A stretch of DNA of 48,362 nucleotides, from positions 1 through 48,362 of the forward strand of contig JBAUHH010000393.1 in the NCBI GenBank assembly GCA_049680165.1, read 5' to 3'. This DNA comes from Pseudolabrys sp. Its GTDB lineage: Bacteria; Pseudomonadota; Alphaproteobacteria; Rhizobiales; Xanthobacteraceae. The notes under the pieces were generated by a model, which made no database searches, was not told where the DNA came from, and saw only the letters and a program-made list of their open reading frames with translations. A program made the position numbers and the translations under genes. Of this stretch, positions 19,129-29,348 are shown in pieces (positions within the stretch are counted from its first letter, which is position 1; the number at the start of each line of letters is the position of its first letter).

Positions 19129-20565
19129 CTACAGTACCTTGCCGGGATTGAGAATGTTGTTCGGATCGAGCGTGCGCTTGATCGCGCGCATCAGCTCGAT
19201 CGCGGTCTTGTCCTTGTACTTCGGCAGCTTGTCGCGCTTCATCACGCCGACGCCGTGCTCGGCGGAAATCGAGCCGCCGTATTTCATCACGACCTCGAAG
19301 ACGACGGCGTTGACGTCGTCCCAGCGCGCGAGGAACTCGTTCTTGTCGGCGCCCGGCGGCTGGTTGACGTTGTAGTGGATGTTGCCGTCGCCGGCGTGGC
19401 CGAACGGCATCGGGATCGAGCCGGGAATGAGCTTCACGACTGCCGCGTTCACCTCCTTGATGAAGGCTGGTATCGCTGCAATGGGCACGGAAACGTCGTG
19501 CTTGATCGAGGCGCCCATCAGGCGCTGCGCCTCGCCGAACATTTCGCGGATGTACCAGAACGCCTTGCGCTGCTCGAGGCTCTCGGCAATCGTCGCGTCG
19601 ATCACGAGGCCATTCTCCATGCCGGCGGAAAGGATGTCCTCCATCACCTCGCGCAAGCCTTCCCGCTGCTGCGAGGAAAGCTCGATCAGCGCGTACCATT
19701 CATAAACCTTCGCGAGCGGGTCGCGCGCCGTTGGCGCGAGCTTGAGCACGGCTTCGATGCCGAGGCGGCCCAAGATCTCGAAGCTGGTGACGCCGCCCGA
19801 TGCGCGCTGTTCGGCGAGTGTGAGCAGCGCGATGGCGGCTTCCGGACCAGTCACGGCGGCATACGCGGTCTCGATCGAGCGCGGGCGCGGAACGAGGCGC
19901 AGCACCGCCGCGGTGATGATGCCGAGCGTGCCTTAGCCGCCGATGAACAGGTTCTTCAGGTCGTAGCCGGTGTTGTCCTTCTTGAGCTTGTTGAGATTGT
20001 TGAGCACGCGGCCGTCCGCCAGCACGACTTCGAGTCCCATCGCATGGGAGCGCGCGATGCCGTGCGCGATCGCAGCGATGCCGCCAGCGTTGGTCGAGAG
20101 ATTGCCGCCGATGGTGCAGGTGCCTTCCGACGGCAACAACTGCGGATAGAGCCGGTCGGCGTCGGCGGCCGCTTCGCGCGCGCGCTGAAGAGTGACGCCG
20201 GCCTCGCATGTCATCGTGTTGGAGACGGGGTCGACCTCGCGGATCTTGTCGAGCCGCGTCAGCGACAGCACGACTTCGCCGTGATGCGGGATCTGGCCGC
20301 CGACAAGGCCGGTATTGCCGCCCTGCGGCACGATTGCGGTCTTGGTTTCGTTGGCGAGCTTGAGGATGGCGGAAACTTCCGCCACCGAGCCCGGCCGCAG
20401 CACCGCCGGCGTGTGGCCGTGATAGATGCCGCGCATCTCGACCAAATAGCGTTCCTGGTCGTGCCTGTCGGTCACCGCGTATTTTTCGCCGACGATGGCG
20501 ATGAAGCGCTTCAGCAACTCGGGCGAAAGAGCGGGGACGTTTTGCGGCTTGGTATGCAGGTTCAT
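19129..20565 (-). pseudogene. FAD-binding oxidoreductase (GlcD / D-2-hydroxyacid dehydrogenase family) interrupted by an in-frame TAA at 19933-19935
   Basis: PQGGNTGLVGG, TIGGNLSTNAGG, KKDNTGYDLKNLFIGG*GTLGIITAA, HAGDGNIH, SISAEHGVG, LDPNNILNPGK; both halves are in the same frame. Confidence 0.85.
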
Positions 20566-20583
20566 TTCAACTCTCTTGGTCTT

Positions 20584-21564
20584 TCACGATTTTGGAGCGG
20601 CGGCGCGTGCTAGCCGGTCGTTGATGGCTTCGCCTAGGCCCTCGTGCGGTACTTTCATCACGGCGATGGTCTTGGCGCCAGAGGCATCGAGCGCGCGCAG
20701 GTGGGAAAACAGATTGGCGGCGGCTTCGATCAAATCGCCGCGCGGCGAAAGATTGAGCGTTGCGCGCGTCGCTGCCGGTTCAACCGGAAGCGATGGACCG
20801 AAGGCAAGCAGCGCTTCGCCGTCGCGCGCGCTCTCCGCATCGAGGCGCAACTTCGTTTTTGGCGCGTAATGCGAGGCGAGCATGCCGGGCGCGAGCGGCG
20901 CATCGTCGCCGAGCGGCGCATCGGTAGGCGTGCGGCCGAGCACGCGCTCGATTTGTTCGCGCGGAACGCCGCCGGGCCGCAGCAGTGTCGGCTCGCCAAG
21001 ACAGGCGACGATGGTCGACTCGACGCCGACCGGGCAGGGGCCGGCGTCGATGACAAGATCGATGCGTCCGCGCAGGTCGGCGAGCACGTGCGCGGCGCTG
21101 GTCGGCGAGACATGGCCGGAGCGGTTTGCGGAAGGCGCGACGATAGGTTTCCCGAACGCTGTGAGCAGTGAGCGTGCAACCGGATGCGCCGGCACGCGCA
21201 GCGCGATGCTGTCGAGGCCGGCGAGCGCGAGATCGGATACCGCACCGGTCGGATGCCGCGGCAACACCAGCGTGAGCGGTCCCGGCCAGAACGCGGCGGC
21301 CAGCTTCTCGGCGTTCTCGTCAAAGCAGGCAAGCATCCGCGCGCTGTCGCTGTCCGGGACATGGGCGATCAGCGGATTGAACGAGGGCCGCCCCTTGGCG
21401 GCGTAGAGCCGCGCGACGGCCTCGCCATTGCCGGCGTCGGCGCCGAGCCCGTAGACGGTCTCGGTCGGGAAGGCGACCAGCCCGCCCGCGCCAAGGCAGC
21501 GCACGACCGCCTTTGTGGCGTCGGCGTCGGCTCTCATCACCCGTGTTCCCGGTTCGGCGGTCAT
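20584..21564 (-). CDS. tsaC: L-threonylcarbamoyladenylate synthase (Sua5/TsaC)
   Basis: FPTETVYGLGAD, KGRPSFNPLIAH, APSANRSG, GVESTIV, PGMLASHYAP, INDRLARAA. Confidence 0.95.
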   Translation of the reverse strand: MTAEPGTRVMRADADATKAVVRCLGAGGLVAFPTETVYGLGADAGNGEAVARLYAAKGRPSFNPLIAHVPDSDSARMLACFDENAEKLAAAFWPGPLTLVLPRHPTGAVSDLALAGLDSIALRVPAHPVARSLLTAFGKPIVAPSANRSGHVSPTSAAHVLADLRGRIDLVIDAGPCPVGVESTIVACLGEPTLLRPGGVPREQIERVLGRTPTDAPLGDDAPLAPGMLASHYAPKTKLRLDAESARDGEALLAFGPSLPVEPAATRATLNLSPRGDLIEAAANLFSHLRALDASGAKTIAVMKVPHEGLGEAINDRLARAAAPKS

Positions 21565-21576
21565 TTTCCTCTCGGC

Positions 21577-21606
21577 TTGCGGCTTTAAGGTAGCCGGGGT
21601 TATAAG
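21577..21606 (+). promoter_or_regulatory. Putative sigma70 promoter of tRNA-Pro
   Basis: TTGCGG-N18-TATAAG, ending 13 bp upstream of the tRNA 5' end. Confidence 0.45.
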
Positions 21607-21619
21607 TCCGGCCATCAGT

Positions 21620-21696
21620 CGGAGTGTAGCGCAGTCTGGTAGCGCACCACGTTCGGGACGTGGGGGTCGCAGGTTCAAATCCTGCCACTCCGACCA
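21620..21696 (+). tRNA. tRNA-Pro (anticodon CGG)
   Basis: CGGAGTG acceptor stem pairing with CACTCCG, followed by ACCA; anticodon arm CCACG-TTCGGGA-CGTGG; T-loop GGTTCAAATCC; 77 nt. Confidence 0.97.
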
Positions 21697-21738
21697 TTCC
21701 TACCAAAAATCCCGTCAAAATGCGTCTCGGGCGCGGCC

Positions 21739-21763
21739 GGAACGTATTTATTGGCCAAGCGTT
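21739..21763 (+). promoter_or_regulatory. EcfG/SigT (general stress response) promoter
   Basis: GGAAC-N16-CGTT exact match, 51 bp upstream of the ATG at 21815. Confidence 0.7.
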
Positions 21764-21814
21764 TAGGTGGGTTGGGGGTAGCGTGTCTAGAGTGCCCTCC
21801 GGGGGCGAGTTTTA

Positions 21815-23794
21815 ATGGCCAGTGTCGAAGGACCGCGGACGCCGTTGACCGGTGATGGGCATTATCGCCTGCTCGTCGACGCGATCACCGACTACGCGGT
21901 TTACATGCTGGACCCTTCCGGCGTGGTGGTGAGCTGGAATCCCGGCGCGCGGCGCTTTAAGGGCTATGACGCGCACGAAATCATCGGCCAGCATTTCTCG
22001 CGCTTCTACACCGAGGAAGATCGCCGTGGAGGTCTGCCGGCCCGCGCGCTTGCGACCGCCGCCAAAGAAGGCCGGTTCGAGGCCGAAGGCTGGCGTCTCC
22101 GCAAGGATAAGACCCGTTTCTGGGCGCACGTCGTCATCGATCCGATCCGCGATGATGCAGGCAGCATCATCGGATTTGCAAAAATCACGCGGGACCTGAC
22201 CGAGCGCAAGCTTGCCGCGGACAATCTCAAGCAAAGCGAGCAGCAGTTCAGGCTCCTGATTGAGGGCGTGACGGACTACGCGATCTACATGCTCGATCCG
22301 GAAGGCCGCATCACCAATTGGAACGCCGGCGCGCAAAAGATCAAAGGCTATCTCCCCGAAGAAATTATCGGCCAGAATTTCTCCCGCTTCTACACCGAAG
22401 AGGACCGCCAGCGCGGCGATCCGCAACGCGGCCTGGAGACCGCGGCGCGCGAAGGACGATTTGAAAGGGAAGGCTTGCGCGTGCGCAAGGACGGCTCGCG
22501 ATTCTGGGCAAGCGTTATCATCGACGCGATCCGTGACGACAAAGGCAAGCTTATCGGCTTTGCCAAGGTCACGCGCGACATCACCGAACGCAGGAACGCC
22601 CAGCGCGAACTCGACCAGGCGCGCGAAGCGGTCGTTCAATCGCAAAAAATGGAAGCGATCGGCCGGCTTACCGGCGGCATCGCGCACGACTTCAACAATC
22701 TGCTGATGGCCATTCTCGGCAGCCTCGAATTGTTGCGCAAACGGCTGCCCGACGACACCAGGATCACGCCGCTGCTCAACAACGCGATTCAGGGCGCCGA
22801 GCGTGGCGCGTCGCTGACGCATCGGATGCTCGCCTTCGCCCGCCGCCAGGAGCTCGATCCGCAACCGGTCGATGTGCGCAGTCTCGTCAGCGGAATGGAT
22901 GCGCTGCTGCAACAATCGGTCGGGCCGGCGGTGATGATCGACACCCGTTTCCCGCTGACGATGCCGCCGGCGCGAACGGACTCTGCCCAGCTCGAAGCCG
23001 CGCTGCTCAATCTCGCCGTGAACGCGCGGGACGCGATGCCGAAAGGCGGCCGTCTCACGATCGCCGCGCGCGAGGAAAGCATCGCGCAAGGGCCAGCTGC
23101 GGTCCTGAAGCCGGGTCGCTACCTCGTTATATCGGTGGCCGATAATGGCGAAGGCATGAATGAGGAGACCGCCCGGCGCGCGGCCGAGCCGTTCTTCACC
23201 ACCAAAGGCGTCGGCAAGGGAACGGGACTGGGCTTGTCGATGGTTCAGGGCCTGGCCGAGCAATCGGGCGGGCGGCTGACGCTCAAGAGCAAGGTTGGCG
23301 AAGGCACGACTGCCGAATTGTGGTTTCCGGTCGCGCAAGACGGCGCGGAAAAGCAGACGGCCGCCGCCGCCGCCGTGGAATCCAGCACGGCAGTGCGGCC
23401 GCTGGTCGTGCTTGCGGTGGACGACGACGCGCTGGTGCTGATGAACACCGCCGCCATGCTTGAGGATCTCGGACACAAGGTGTTCGAGGCCTCGTCCGGG
23501 CGAGAGGCGCTGGAAATCCTCCGGCGCGAGAAGTCGATCAATCTCGTGGTCACCGATCAGTCGATGCCGCGCATGACCGGGCTTGAGCTCGCCGAAACGA
23601 TCATGGCCGCGCGGCCCGAATTGCCGATCGTTCTGGCGACCGGTTATACCGACTTGCCGGAGGGTGCCCGGGCCGGCCTGCCGAAGCTCACCAAACCCTT
23701 CTTCCAGCAGGATCTGGCGCAGGCAATCGCGGAAGCGCTCAAGGCGCCGCCGGCAAAGGGGCGCATCCTGAAATTCACCCGCACGGAACGCTAG
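21815..23794 (+). CDS. Cytoplasmic hybrid sensor histidine kinase (2xPAS-HisKA-HATPase-REC)
   Basis: Two DYAI/VYMLD..WN.GA PAS repeats; [10 protein letters not shown]-box; [43 protein letters not shown]. Confidence 0.93.
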   Translation: MASVEGPRTPLTGDGHYRLLVDAITDYAVYMLDPSGVVVSWNPGARRFKGYDAHEIIGQHFSRFYTEEDRRGGLPARALATAAKEGRFEAEGWRLRKDKTRFWAHVVIDPIRDDAGSIIGFAKITRDLTERKLAADNLKQSEQQFRLLIEGVTDYAIYMLDPEGRITNWNAGAQKIKGYLPEEIIGQNFSRFYTEEDRQRGDPQRGLETAAREGRFEREGLRVRKDGSRFWASVIIDAIRDDKGKLIGFAKVTRDITERRNAQRELDQAREAVVQSQKMEAIGRLTGGIAHDFNNLLMAILGSLELLRKRLPDDTRITPLLNNAIQGAERGASLTHRMLAFARRQELDPQPVDVRSLVSGMDALLQQSVGPAVMIDTRFPLTMPPARTDSAQLEAALLNLAVNARDAMPKGGRLTIAAREESIAQGPAAVLKPGRYLVISVADNGEGMNEETARRAAEPFFTTKGVGKGTGLGLSMVQGLAEQSGGRLTLKSKVGEGTTAELWFPVAQDGAEKQTAAAAAVESSTAVRPLVVLAVDDDALVLMNTAAMLEDLGHKVFEASSGREALEILRREKSINLVVTDQSMPRMTGLELAETIMAARPELPIVLATGYTDLPEGARAGLPKLTKPFFQQDLAQAIAEALKAPPAKGRILKFTRTER

Positions 23795-23845
23795 CCGCCG
23801 GCCGACTCAGATATGGTCCCACGCACCGCTGGTGCAGGGAAATCG

Positions 23846-24838
23846 ATGAGCTCAGGCCGCCTAAAACGTATCGACCAGCGTCCGATCCCCAACACCGCCG
23901 GCGAGATCCGGGCGTTCATAGTGGTGCGCAACGAGGCATTGCGGTTGCCGTCCACGCTGCGTCATCACCGCGCCATCGGCGTGCATCGATTCTTCGTGCT
24001 CGACAATGGCTCGACCGACGGGACGCTCGATTTCTTGGCGAACGAACCGGACGTGCACGTTTATTCGACCGAGGAGAGCTATGCCGCCAGTCAATGGGGC
24101 GTGGTCTGGACCAATACGTTGCTCGATGCTTTCGGCGGCGACCGCTGGACGCTGACTGTCGATGCCGATGAGCATTTCATCTATCCGCACTATGAAGACC
24201 TCAATCTTGCGCAGTTCTGCCGGTACCTCGATCATACCGGCGTGCAAGGCGTCGTTTCTCTCTTGCTCGACATGTATGCGGACCGGCCGGTGAAGGAAAC
24301 CGTGCACGATCCGCAGGCATCGCTGATCGACACGTGCCGTTTTTTCGATCCGACGGGCTATCGCGTGACGCCGAACGATCTCTGCCCGTTTTTCACGATC
24401 GAGGGCGGCTTGCGCGAGCGGATTTTCAAGGAGGCGCAGGTCGACTTTCACGCGCCCACCGTCAGCAAGATTCCGCTGGTTCGATGGAAGGTGGGCATGC
24501 GTTTCGCTTACAGCACGCATTCGCTCACGACGAACGTGATGGTGTCGAAGATGTTCGGCGGATTATTGCACTTCAAATTCCTGTCCGACTTTCATCAGCG
24601 CGTCGAAACGGAAGTCGCGCGCAACGAACATTTCGAAGGCGCGCGCGAATACCGGGTCTATCTCGATCTTCTGCGGCGCGACGGGGCGGTGAATTTTTTC
24701 ACCCCGGCTTCCGCCCGCTTCCAGGACAGCGCGCAACTCGTGGCGCTCGACCTGATGCGCACGGAGCCGGCCTTCGAGCAATCGGTGCAGATGACCCAGG
24801 CCGCGCGAGCTCAAAAGCGGGCCGCGGGCGGCACTTGA
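23846..24838 (+). CDS. Glycosyltransferase family 2 (Glyco_tranf_2_4-like)
   Basis: VVRNE..L.HHRAIGV..LDNGSTDGT, TVDADE, LLDMY, LLHFKF; start 23846 or 23813. Confidence 0.85.
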   Translation: MSSGRLKRIDQRPIPNTAGEIRAFIVVRNEALRLPSTLRHHRAIGVHRFFVLDNGSTDGTLDFLANEPDVHVYSTEESYAASQWGVVWTNTLLDAFGGDRWTLTVDADEHFIYPHYEDLNLAQFCRYLDHTGVQGVVSLLLDMYADRPVKETVHDPQASLIDTCRFFDPTGYRVTPNDLCPFFTIEGGLRERIFKEAQVDFHAPTVSKIPLVRWKVGMRFAYSTHSLTTNVMVSKMFGGLLHFKFLSDFHQRVETEVARNEHFEGAREYRVYLDLLRRDGAVNFFTPASARFQDSAQLVALDLMRTEPAFEQSVQMTQAARAQKRAAGGT

Positions 24839-24973
24839 ACCCGCGCGCGGTCCGGCGATCGGCGCATGTCTGGTCGCCGCCGTGGCCCTTGTCTGAACGC
24901 CCGTCCGCCGCGTAACGTCCCCTCCGAAAAATAACGCCGGGAACCACCCGGCTGTTTCCGGAGGGGGACGCAC

Positions 24974-25954
24974 ATGCGTTTGAAGACTGCCTTGCTGTCG
25001 CGGCTGCTGCTCGGCTGTTTTGCCTTTGTGATTCTCGCGGCGCCGAGCGTGCGCGCGGCCGATTATCCGACACGGCCGGTAAAAATCATCGTGAGCTATC
25101 CGCCCGGCGGCTCGACCGACATTTCGGCTCGCCTGATCGGGAATTGGCTGAGCCAGAAGCTTGGCCAGCAATTCATCGTCGAAAATCGCCCCGGCGCCGG
25201 AAACAATCTCGGCACCGACGTGGCGCTCAAGGCGGCGCCGGATGGCTACACGCTGTTCCTCGCCAATCCGGCGAACACGATCAATGCCACGCTCTACAAG
25301 CACCTCACGTTCGACTTTATGCGCGACTCGACGCCGGTCGGCGGCATCATGCGCATCCCGAACGTGATGGAGGTCAATCCGTCGGTGCCGGCAAAGACCG
25401 TCGCCGAATTCATCGCCTACGCCAAGGCCAATCCCGGCAAGATCAACATGGCGTCTTCCGGCAACGGCACGTCGATCCATCTCTCCGGCATGCTGTTCAT
25501 GGGCATGACGGGCGTCAAAATGGTGCACGTGCCGTACAAGGGCTCGGCGCCGGCGCTGATCGATCTGCTCGCGGGCCAGGTGCAGGTGATGTTCGACAAT
25601 ATGCCGTCGTCGATCGGCCACATCCACGCCGGCAAACTGCGTGCGCTCGGCGTGACCACCGCGACGCGCGCGCCGGAATTGCCGGACGTGCCGACCGTCG
25701 CGGAAACCGTGCCAGGCTATGAGGCGAGCGCTTTCTTCGGGCTGGTGGCGCCGAAAGGTACGCCCAAGGACGTCGTCGACAAGCTCAACACGGCGATGAA
25801 CGAAGGCCTCAAGGATCCGAAGATACTCGAATCGATCAAGAAGCTCGGTGGCACGCCGATGTCGGTGAGCGCGGACGAGTTCGGCAAGTTCCTCGCCGAC
25901 GAGACCGCGAAGTGGGGCAAAGTCGTGCGCGAAGCCAATCTGTCGATCGACTGA
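24974..25954 (+). CDS. Tripartite tricarboxylate transporter substrate-binding protein (Bug/TctC)
   Basis: YPTRPVKIIV.YPPGGSTD, ENRPGAG, PDGYTL, SSGNGTSIHL, HVPYKGSAPA. Confidence 0.95.
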   Translation: MRLKTALLSRLLLGCFAFVILAAPSVRAADYPTRPVKIIVSYPPGGSTDISARLIGNWLSQKLGQQFIVENRPGAGNNLGTDVALKAAPDGYTLFLANPANTINATLYKHLTFDFMRDSTPVGGIMRIPNVMEVNPSVPAKTVAEFIAYAKANPGKINMASSGNGTSIHLSGMLFMGMTGVKMVHVPYKGSAPALIDLLAGQVQVMFDNMPSSIGHIHAGKLRALGVTTATRAPELPDVPTVAETVPGYEASAFFGLVAPKGTPKDVVDKLNTAMNEGLKDPKILESIKKLGGTPMSVSADEFGKFLADETAKWGKVVREANLSID

Positions 25955-25973
25955 AGATACGCGTGCAGCGTTC

Positions 25974-27701
25974 ATGAGTAACCGCAAGCGCCCAGAAGAT
26001 CTGCGCAGCCATCGCTGGCTCGGTGTCAGCGACATGCGCTCGTTCGGCCACCGCTCGCGGCTGCGCCAGATCGGCTACGACGCGGACGATTGGATGGGCA
26101 AGCCGGTCATCGGCATCATCAACACCTGGAGCGAGATCAATCCGTGCCACGCGCATTTGCGCACGCGCGCGGAGAACGTAAAGCGCGGCGTGCTGCAAGC
26201 CGGCGGGTTCCCGATCGAACTGCCGGCGCTCTCGCTGTCGGAAACTTTCGTCAAGCCGACCACGATGCTCTATCGCAATTTGCTGGCGATGGAGACGGAG
26301 GAATTGCTGCGCAGCCATCCGCTCGATGGCGCGGTGCTGATGGGCGGCTGCGACAAGACCACGCCCGGCCTCGTCATGGGCGCGATCAGCATGGGCATTC
26401 CGGCGATCTATCTTCCGGCTGGTCCCATGCTGCGCGGCAACTGGCGCGGCGGTTATCTCGGCTCCGGCTCGGACGTGTGGAAATACTGGAACGAGAAGCG
26501 CGCCGGCAACATCACCGATGACGACTGGAACGAGATCGAAGGCGGCATCGCGCGCTCGTTCGGCACCTGCATGGTAATGGGCACCGCGGCGACCATGATG
26601 GCGATCACCGAGGCGCTGGGGCTGGCGTTGCCGGGCGCGTCCTCGATTCCGGCCGCGGATTCAAATCATCCGCGCATGGCGGGCGCCGCCGGACGGCGGA
26701 TTGTCGACATGGTGTGGGAAGAACTGACGCCGGACAAAATCCTGACCAAGGCGGCATTCGACAACGCCATCAAGGTGCACATGGCGATGGGCGGCTCGAC
26801 CAACGCCATCATTCACGTGGTGGCAATGGCGCGGCGCGCCGGCATTCCGATCGACATGGAGCGGTTCGACCAGCTCTCGCGCGAAATTCCGGTGCTCGCC
26901 AATGTGCGGCCGTCGGGGCAATACCTGATGGAGGATTTCTTCTACGCCGGCGGCCTGCGCGCGCTGATGATGGAACTCAAGGACAAGCTCGATCTGTCAT
27001 GCCTGACGGTGACCGGCGAGACTGTCGGACAGAACATCGAAGGCGCTAAGGTTCATCTGCCCGAGGTGATCCATTCGCTGAAGAATCCGGTCTACGCGGA
27101 AGGCGCGACCGCCGTGCTCAAGGGCAATCTGGCGCCGCAGGGCTGCGTCATCAAGCCGGCGGCGGCCGACAAGCGCTTCCTCAAGCATCGCGGCAAGGCA
27201 ATTGCGTTCGAGGATTACAACCACATGATGCGCGAGATCGAGCGCGACGATCTCGACGTCACGCCCGACCATATCCTCGTGCTCAAGAATGCCGGCCCGA
27301 AAGGCGGACCCGGCATGCCGGAGTGGGGCATGCTGCCGATACCGAAACGGCTGTTGGCGCAGGGCGTGCGCGACATGATCCGCATTTCCGATGGACGCAT
27401 GAGCGGCACCAGCTACGGCGCCTGCATCTTGCACGTCGCGCCGGAGAGCTACATCGGCGGGCCACTGGCGCTCGTGAAGACGGGCGACGAGATCGAGATC
27501 GACGTCGATGCGCGCAAGATTCACCTGCACGTCAGCGACGAGGAGCTCAAGCGCCGCAAGGCGGCCTGGACACCGCCGCCACCGCGCTACACCCGCGGCT
27601 ATGGCGCGATGTTCTCCGAACACATCGGGCAGGCCGATCAGGGTTGCGACTTCGATTTCCTGAAAGCCGGCGCGCCGACGCCCGAGCCGGAAATTCATTA
27701 A
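25974..27701 (+). CDS. araD: L-arabinonate dehydratase-like sugar-acid dehydratase (IlvD/Edd family)
   Basis: LRSHRW..RSFGHRSR N-terminus; NPCH, KPTTMLYRN, GGCDKT, GTCMVMGTA, PGMPEWG, SDGRMSGTSYG. Confidence 0.85.
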   Translation: MSNRKRPEDLRSHRWLGVSDMRSFGHRSRLRQIGYDADDWMGKPVIGIINTWSEINPCHAHLRTRAENVKRGVLQAGGFPIELPALSLSETFVKPTTMLYRNLLAMETEELLRSHPLDGAVLMGGCDKTTPGLVMGAISMGIPAIYLPAGPMLRGNWRGGYLGSGSDVWKYWNEKRAGNITDDDWNEIEGGIARSFGTCMVMGTAATMMAITEALGLALPGASSIPAADSNHPRMAGAAGRRIVDMVWEELTPDKILTKAAFDNAIKVHMAMGGSTNAIIHVVAMARRAGIPIDMERFDQLSREIPVLANVRPSGQYLMEDFFYAGGLRALMMELKDKLDLSCLTVTGETVGQNIEGAKVHLPEVIHSLKNPVYAEGATAVLKGNLAPQGCVIKPAAADKRFLKHRGKAIAFEDYNHMMREIERDDLDVTPDHILVLKNAGPKGGPGMPEWGMLPIPKRLLAQGVRDMIRISDGRMSGTSYGACILHVAPESYIGGPLALVKTGDEIEIDVDARKIHLHVSDEELKRRKAAWTPPPPRYTRGYGAMFSEHIGQADQGCDFDFLKAGAPTPEPEIH

Positions 27702-27797
27702 AGCGGATTTAGTGCTTCCCACGCGGCGCCGTCGACCGGTATCTTCCTGGCCGGCGACGGACAGCCCAATAAAAGCAGCGCACCAGAGGACACGACC

Positions 27798-28769
27798 ATG
27801 CTTTCGACATTGACACGCACCGCGTGCGCGGCCGCGCTCGCCACGGCATTGGCTGCGCCGGCGTCGGCGCAGACCTACCCGAGCGGAACCATACGGATGA
27901 TCGTCGCCTATTCGGCGGGCGGCACCGGCGACGTCGTCGGCCGCATCGTCGCCCCGAAATTGTCGGAGCGGCTCGGCCAATCGGTCATCGTGGAAAACCG
28001 CCCGGGCGCGACCGGCTCGATCGGCGCGCATATGGTCGCGACATCCGCGCCCGATGGCCTCACTTTGCTGCTCGGGCAGACCGGCGAGATCGCGGTCAAC
28101 CAGCATTGGCTCAAGGGCCTGAGCTACAATCCCGACAAGGATCTGATGCCGGTCGCGCTGCTGGCTGTCGTGCCGCTCGCACTCGTCGTTCCGGCCAAGG
28201 CGCCGTATTCGACCATGAAGGAGCTCCTGGCGGCGCTGCCGAAAGCGAAGCTCACCTTCGCCTCGGCCGGCAGCGGCACGCCGGGATTTTTCGCCGGCGA
28301 AATGCTCAAGGCCGCGACCAAGAGCAATCTCACGCACGTGCCCTACAAGGGTGCAGGGCCCGCGCTCAACGATCTGCTCGGCAATCACGTCGACATGTAT
28401 TTTCCCGGAATGCCGGCGGCAACGCCGCATCTGAAATCCGGAATGCTCAAGGTGCTCGCGGTCTCGTCCGCCAAGCGCGCTTCGGTCGCGCCGGAGGTGC
28501 CGACCGTTGAAGAGGTAAGCGGCATCAAGGGATTCGATTTCACCTTGTGGTCGGGAATCTTCGTTCCGCGCGGCACGCCGGAGGCGATTATCACGCGGCT
28601 CAACACCGAGATCAACAAGGTGCTCAGCGAGCCCGAGACCAGGAAGAAGCTCGCCGACCTCGGCGCCGAGCTCGATCCGATGTCGGTCGATCAGTTCAAG
28701 AAATTCGTCAGCGCGGAAAGCAACAAATATCTCAGCATCATCAAGGAGACCGGCGTAAAGCCGGAGTAG
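27798..28769 (+). CDS. Tripartite tricarboxylate transporter substrate-binding protein (Bug/TctC)
   Basis: Signal peptide; YSAGGTGD, VENRPGATG, PDG.TL, HVPYKGAGPA. Confidence 0.93.
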   Translation: MLSTLTRTACAAALATALAAPASAQTYPSGTIRMIVAYSAGGTGDVVGRIVAPKLSERLGQSVIVENRPGATGSIGAHMVATSAPDGLTLLLGQTGEIAVNQHWLKGLSYNPDKDLMPVALLAVVPLALVVPAKAPYSTMKELLAALPKAKLTFASAGSGTPGFFAGEMLKAATKSNLTHVPYKGAGPALNDLLGNHVDMYFPGMPAATPHLKSGMLKVLAVSSAKRASVAPEVPTVEEVSGIKGFDFTLWSGIFVPRGTPEAIITRLNTEINKVLSEPETRKKLADLGAELDPMSVDQFKKFVSAESNKYLSIIKETGVKPE

Positions 28770-28775
28770 GCGACC

Positions 28776-29348
28776 TCAGGCGATGAAGGGAATCAGCGCC
28801 GGAACTTGCGAGCGGTAGCGGGCATAGTCGTTGCCGAATTGCTCCGACATGAAGCGCTCCTCGATCGTCATCTTGCGGTAGATCGCGAATGCAAACGGCG
28901 CCAATGCGATCAGTGCGCGCCATTTGCCGACCGCAAGCGCGCTGCCGATGAGCGCCAGCAGCAAGCCGGTATAGATCGGATGCCGCACCAGCGCGTAGGG
29001 CCCGTTGCGAATGAGTTCGTGGTTCTTCTTGACGGCGACAGAGCCACTCCAGTTGCCGCCGAGCCAGATCCGGGCGGCGATGCAGAATCCAAGACCGATC
29101 GCAATCAGCGCGACGTCGACCCAGAACAACGTCAGCGTGCGGGGCAGAAAGCGCTGTTCGAGGGCGCCGCCGGCGACATTCGGCCAGCCGAGCAGGATGC
29201 CGCCAAGGATCAGCGGCCCGTAATGGGTCAGGCGCGACCGGAAGCCTTCCTCGCGCTGCGCTTCCTTCGCGCCGATGGCGGCGACGATCCAGTAGGTGAG
29301 CCAGATCAGCCAAAGGGCCGGGATAATCGCGTGGTAAAAAGTTCTCAT
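28776..29348 (-). CDS. Isoprenylcysteine carboxyl methyltransferase (Ste14/ICMT) family membrane protein
   Basis: LGGNWS, HELIRNGPYALVRHPIYTG, EERFM..FG..Y..Y..VPALIP. Confidence 0.9.
   Translation of the reverse strand: MRTFYHAIIPALWLIWLTYWIVAAIGAKEAQREEGFRSRLTHYGPLILGGILLGWPNVAGGALEQRFLPRTLTLFWVDVALIAIGLGFCIAARIWLGGNWSGSVAVKKNHELIRNGPYALVRHPIYTGLLLALIGSALAVGKWRALIALAPFAFAIYRKMTIEERFMSEQFGNDYARYRSQVPALIPFIA

Noticed and set aside
19933..19935. Selenocysteine, pyrrolysine or stop-codon reassignment
   Set aside because: The codon is TAA at a Glu position, and TAA terminates many genes in this window
18661..20613. 650-aa plus-strand ORF
   Set aside because: Antisense shadow of two well-supported minus-strand genes; no recognisable motifs; expected in high-GC DNA
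21860..22600. Internal direct repeat in the kinase gene
   Set aside because: Explained by two tandem PAS domains
21812..23476. 554-aa minus-strand ORF, and similar long ORFs at 24563-26035, 26997-28430 and 29345-30616
   Set aside because: Antisense shadows of the kinase, Bug, araD and MBL genes; Arg/His/Ala-rich with no domains
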